From the human T2T-CHM13v2.0 reference genome, Homo sapiens, in the NCBI RefSeq assembly GCF_009914755.1, contig NC_060925.1: a stretch of 64,000 nt of DNA; one strand, given 5' to 3'. How positions within the stretch are numbered: the first letter of the stretch is position 1; each line of letters opens with the position of its first letter. The notes below the pieces were generated by a model, which ran no database searches, was not told the origin of the DNA, and worked only from the letters and a program-made list of their open reading frames with translations. Positions 59,700 to 64,000 of the stretch are shown one piece after another. The position numbers and the translations under genes were made by a program.

Positions 59700-60989
59700 A
59701 TGGTCAGAGTTTTAAGCCAACAGATTATAATCCTGGCATAGGGAATGAGGGACAAATACTCAAAAGACGGTCGCCTAGCCCCAAACAAGGATTATAGAGC
59801 CCCAAATAAAAAGGTTTAGAGGGAATATCCATGTGTTTATGTGTAACTGACCCTCGTGCCAGGGAAAAACTGATCATGGCACATATCCAGAAGAGGTGGA
59901 AAGCCCCATGACATGCATCTCCACACTGAGTTCCAATCACTACCCGCAGGCCTGGGTTTCTTGTCCATGTTAAGGCTAAGTATACATCTCATCTGCCTCT
60001 TCCAGCTTCATTACCTTCCCTTCCCCCATCTTTTAAAAACTCACCCCTACCCAATCCCATCCATCATCCCCAACTCTCCTCCACTGAGAGTTACAAGAAC
60101 TTTGTAATTTGGTCAGAAGCAGTAAAAAGTGCTTGTTAGTTGTTGCCTCTTTTTCAAAACCGATGTATCTAAATCCTTCAGTCTTTTACTAGAAAGGGCC
60201 CAGGGACTGTCTTTTGCCCCTACCTTTTGTAAGTGTGGAGTGCTGGCTCTCAGAAGCAGGGGCCATCTCTGCAGCGTGTCCGGTTCATAGCCTGGGGCTT
60301 GTTGGCTGCCTCCCGCCCTTGTTCTTTGATGATTTTGCCCTCCCCTCATCTCTGTGGGAATCCCAGCCCTGGGGGAAGGGGCAGAAGAGGAGGCAGGGCA
60401 CCTTCAGCAAACACATAGTGAATATGAGTCACCACCATCTAATGACCTTTCCATTTGTTATCAGTTTCCACTACCTCAGCTAGTCTCAGGATGGGAAACA
60501 GCCCTCCACAGGTCAGAGTCATTACGTCACTCCTCAGCAGCCTCTCTAGCTCCCCTGTTGGTTTCAGGATAGGCAAGCAGGATGGGAGGGCGGGATCGGG
60601 GGTCTTCTGCACACTGGCTTCCAGTCCTCTTTTCTCCTCCTCTCATCTCCTCCCAGGACCTCATTCCAACGCATACTGTTCTTCTCTCACTCAGCCCAAA
60701 CATCACCACCCTTGGAAGCCTTTTTAGAGGTCTTTGTTGATGTGGAGCTAGTCCCTCTTTCCTCTGGGCTCTCACAGCACTCTGTGTTCACCTGAGTTAT
60801 AGCACTTGCCACATGATACTACGATGATTAGTTTACATATCTGTCATTCCCATCCTCCTTGCTCAGACTGTGACATGGGCTGGTGTAAGTCTTATTCATT
60901 TGGGTGTCATGGGAGCCTGACTCTCAGCAGCTTGCTCTCAGGAGGTGCTCAGAAAATGTTAACTGAGTGAAGGAAGGGAAAGGGGAAGA

Positions 60990-63900
60990 GAAATGGTCTT
61001 TTATTCATTTATTGAGCAAAACACAAGTAGGATGATACAATGAGGCACTGACGCAGTACAGAAAGCAATGGTGCTTTTAATGAAACTTCTTTCAAATCTG
61101 TGAACATGCTAGCTGTGAAGTACATGCTTTTATTCTTTCCATAGGACATATTTCCAAATAATGATCACAGTATTATGGTTAATAAGATGCTGGACAGATG
61201 CGTAGCCAAAGAATATTACATAACAACAAAATCTCATCAATGATATATCAAATGCAAATTTACTAAGACATCAAGAGAATATCTGTTTGTAGTTACATGG
61301 CTAAAAACAAGACATTATTACAGTAACCAAGTCCATAAAACTAGAAAAAAAGCACTGTATAACAAAAAGGCCTTTTAGAAGCTATTAAATGAACAAACAT
61401 TATAGATAAACCAATTTTATATCTGAAGCAGCTTATAGCACCAACACGTTGGCAGGACCAGCAGAGGGGTGGGGTCTTTGGACCAAGGCATCTGGGAACA
61501 GGAAGGGCTCTCAGCCATCATCTACTGCAGCCACTTGTTTTACAAATGGAGAAATAGAGGCCCAGAGAGATGAAGCGCCTTGTCCAAGGTCACACAGCAC
61601 AGGACAGACTGGGAAATGATCCAGGGCTATGATCCAGGCCACTGACTTCAGGTAAGTGCTCTATTTTAACATACAGATATAAGATTCTATTTGATTTGAT
61701 GTATTTTTTCCCCATTAACAGGTCTACCATAAAAGAAAGCAATAAAACCCATAATGTACTCTGGTATTGTATTTATTTCACTGAGAAATGACTGGCATGT
61801 ACTACGATCATTTTGGGGGCCTATATAGATCTTACATCAAAATTCAGAGGAATTAGTCAGATAACACTATTTTAGTTATAAATTGAGAAGGTGGCATTTG
61901 AAGAGAATATTTGGCACATCCTCCACTACGTAAGCTACCCTATGCCTCAAAATTACTAAATCATTGGTATAAAGTTTTGGTTTTTTTCCTGATAGTTTAA
62001 AGATTAGTAAAGTACAAAAACAGTCTAAATAGAGAAAAAGCAAGTCAGGTCTTTCCTTTAAAAGTTAAGTATGGCACTTTTCATTTTAATAAGGTAAATG
62101 ATTTTAAAAACCTGACATTTTTTAGAAGAAAAAAAAAACTAGCTATGAGCCATCACTTGTGAACCATCTGGTATATAAAATATTTCCCTTATTTAAAAAA
62201 TGTTTCTGTAAAATACTTCGGAGTCATGAAATCATGCCGTGGTCCTGAGGCCTCAACTGGACAGATTTATGATGAACTAATGAAGATATAAGAATGAAAA
62301 AAAGAAAGAGATCACTGTTAACAGAAGCAGCATTAAGGACAAAGTATACTGAATATATTGAAACAGCTTCATGGAAATGAAGCCAAGAAGTTGCATGTAT
62401 ATACGTGAGAAAGATTATCATTACAGTGGTAGTTGGAAAAAGTAACAAACACTGGGTATTTGTCTATCATTAACATAAACCAACTGTTGCAGACAGTTAA
62501 ACTGTGGCTTTGTAAGGAGAATAAAGCCTGATAAAAAAAGTGACTTCTGCATATCATATATATGTATACATATATTTTCTCACATAGACGTCTAGTTATA
62601 AGTAAATCAACATTTAGCTACAACTTTTCCTCTCTTGGGTCCAGCATCAAAAGATTTGATATTCATGAACATGCCCTACACCTGGTTAGGAAGTTATGTA
62701 TTTATACTCATAGCCTTTATTGTATCTGACCAGGGTGAATAAAATGAAATCTCCTGGGACCTCAAGTCCATTTCTTACCACTATAAGCATATTAACAGAT
62801 ATATATCAAAACATACTTGTTTACTGTTAGGTAAAAGAGCATGTTTCAGTACTAAATAATAAACTATGCCTGCTACCAATAACATGCACATAATGGTATA
62901 ATAAAAGTAATTTTTCATGAAAATATTTTGAAAGAAGCTACATTATAAATATTTAAAGAAACGTTAAAAATCAGAGTGAAAATCAGATTAGTGTTCTGAA
63001 ACTGAGTAGAAAAATAGACTTATAAAAAAAAGAATGTCTCATTAAGTGAAGCATTAAATGTAAAGTTGTCTTTTTAGTGTAAATTTCAAATCTCACCCTT
63101 TGAGAGGTAAAATCTTCCTCTCTCCTAAACAGGTACCTATAATTGATTTGGGAACTGGGCATATCGCAGAACGAAAAAGCAGATGACACAAGGCTAAGGG
63201 CAGTGCCGTGATTTTCACATGGCCTTAGAAAAGCGAGGGGCATTCATAAGGCTGAGTAGATAGCAACTTGGAGAAATACTGAATAAATGTGAGCAGTTTG
63301 AAAACAGTAATGCATTTGTCCACCCTAAATGAGCTAATACTCAAAGCCCAGACATTAGATTTTAAAAGGGGTTTGCTTTCCAGGACAGATTGTACAAAAT
63401 TTGGGAAAATCGTTGTAAATAATTACTTCCTGGGGTTGATTCCTTTTTGAGGGGAAGTTTTTAACCTTTCCTTAGTAGTTACTTTTAATGAACTGAAGAA
63501 GAATTAAAGCATCAAAGGCCTAGTGTATGATTTGACTCCGAAGTGACCCTCTCTTCTACTTTGATAAAGTCAAGATACCTTATTGGCCATAGGAGATTCC
63601 TCCTTTTGGGGCTACCCCCATACCTGGAAATTCCAAGAGTGTGAGGGCTATATTTGGGCCCAGAGGAAAATCAAGGAACCCCATATCCAGCTGCTAAAGC
63701 CCTTGGGCCCAAGGAGTGTACCACTGAATCCAAGGCTCTCTTGGGTAGCCTATGTGCCTCTTGGATGGTATGTGAACAAGGTAGGGATGAAACTGCAGAT
63801 GTCTGAAAAGAGCTTAAGCATCCTGACAGCTTGCATTTTTTTTTAAATTTTTTTTTTCCTCACCGTATTCCACATACCTGTGGCTGGGGAAGGTAATGTT

Positions 63901-64000
63901 ACCTCTGCAAACAGATGCTCTGGTAAGAGAAGAAAGACACAGGGAAGGCAGAGAGAGCAAGACAGAGGGCTCAATCACAAAGCTGGGACAAGGAGAGCAG
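60990..64000 (-). other. GNG12: 3' UTR of a convergent gene, probably the GNG12 last exon (CDS beyond the window)
   Basis: Repeat-poor AT-rich block ending in tandem minus-strand AATAAA and a pyrimidine-rich downstream tract. Identity is inferred from the known tail-to-tail GADD45A/GNG12 gene order; no coding sequence is visible. Confidence 0.75.
61000..61013 (-). terminator. Tandem polyadenylation signals of the minus-strand gene
   Basis: TTTATT on + at 61000-61005 and 61008-61013; another at 61129-61134. Confidence 0.75.

Overview
Human (primate) genomic DNA, recognisable as the GADD45A locus (1p31.3). The only complete protein-coding gene is GADD45A (+ strand, 4 coding exons: 45014-45057, 45544-45645, 45869-46106, 47180-47293; 165 aa). 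It has a CpG-island promoter with Oct-1/CCAAT/Oct-1 and GC boxes, the classic intron-3 p53 response element, and an AU-rich 3' UTR. From about 60990 to the window end is a minus-strand terminal region with tandem poly(A) signals, most likely the GNG12 3' UTR; this call rests on gene order because its CDS is outside the window. The 44 kb upstream is repeat-rich. It holds an HNRNPC (C1 isoform) processed pseudogene split by an Alu, a 7SL retropseudogene, a MER85 piggyBac MITE, about 25 Alu/FLAM elements, several L1s (one twin-primed, one very short and young), L2/MIR/LTR/hAT relics and local tandem duplications. I found no convincing previously undescribed biological system. The best leads are regulatory or evolutionary: a MER85 with a perfected CSB-PGBD3 palindrome upstream of a DNA-damage gene, ATF4/AP-1 motifs, possible alternative GADD45A N-termini, and young or unusual insertions. 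Repeat subfamily calls and boundaries were made by eye and are approximate.
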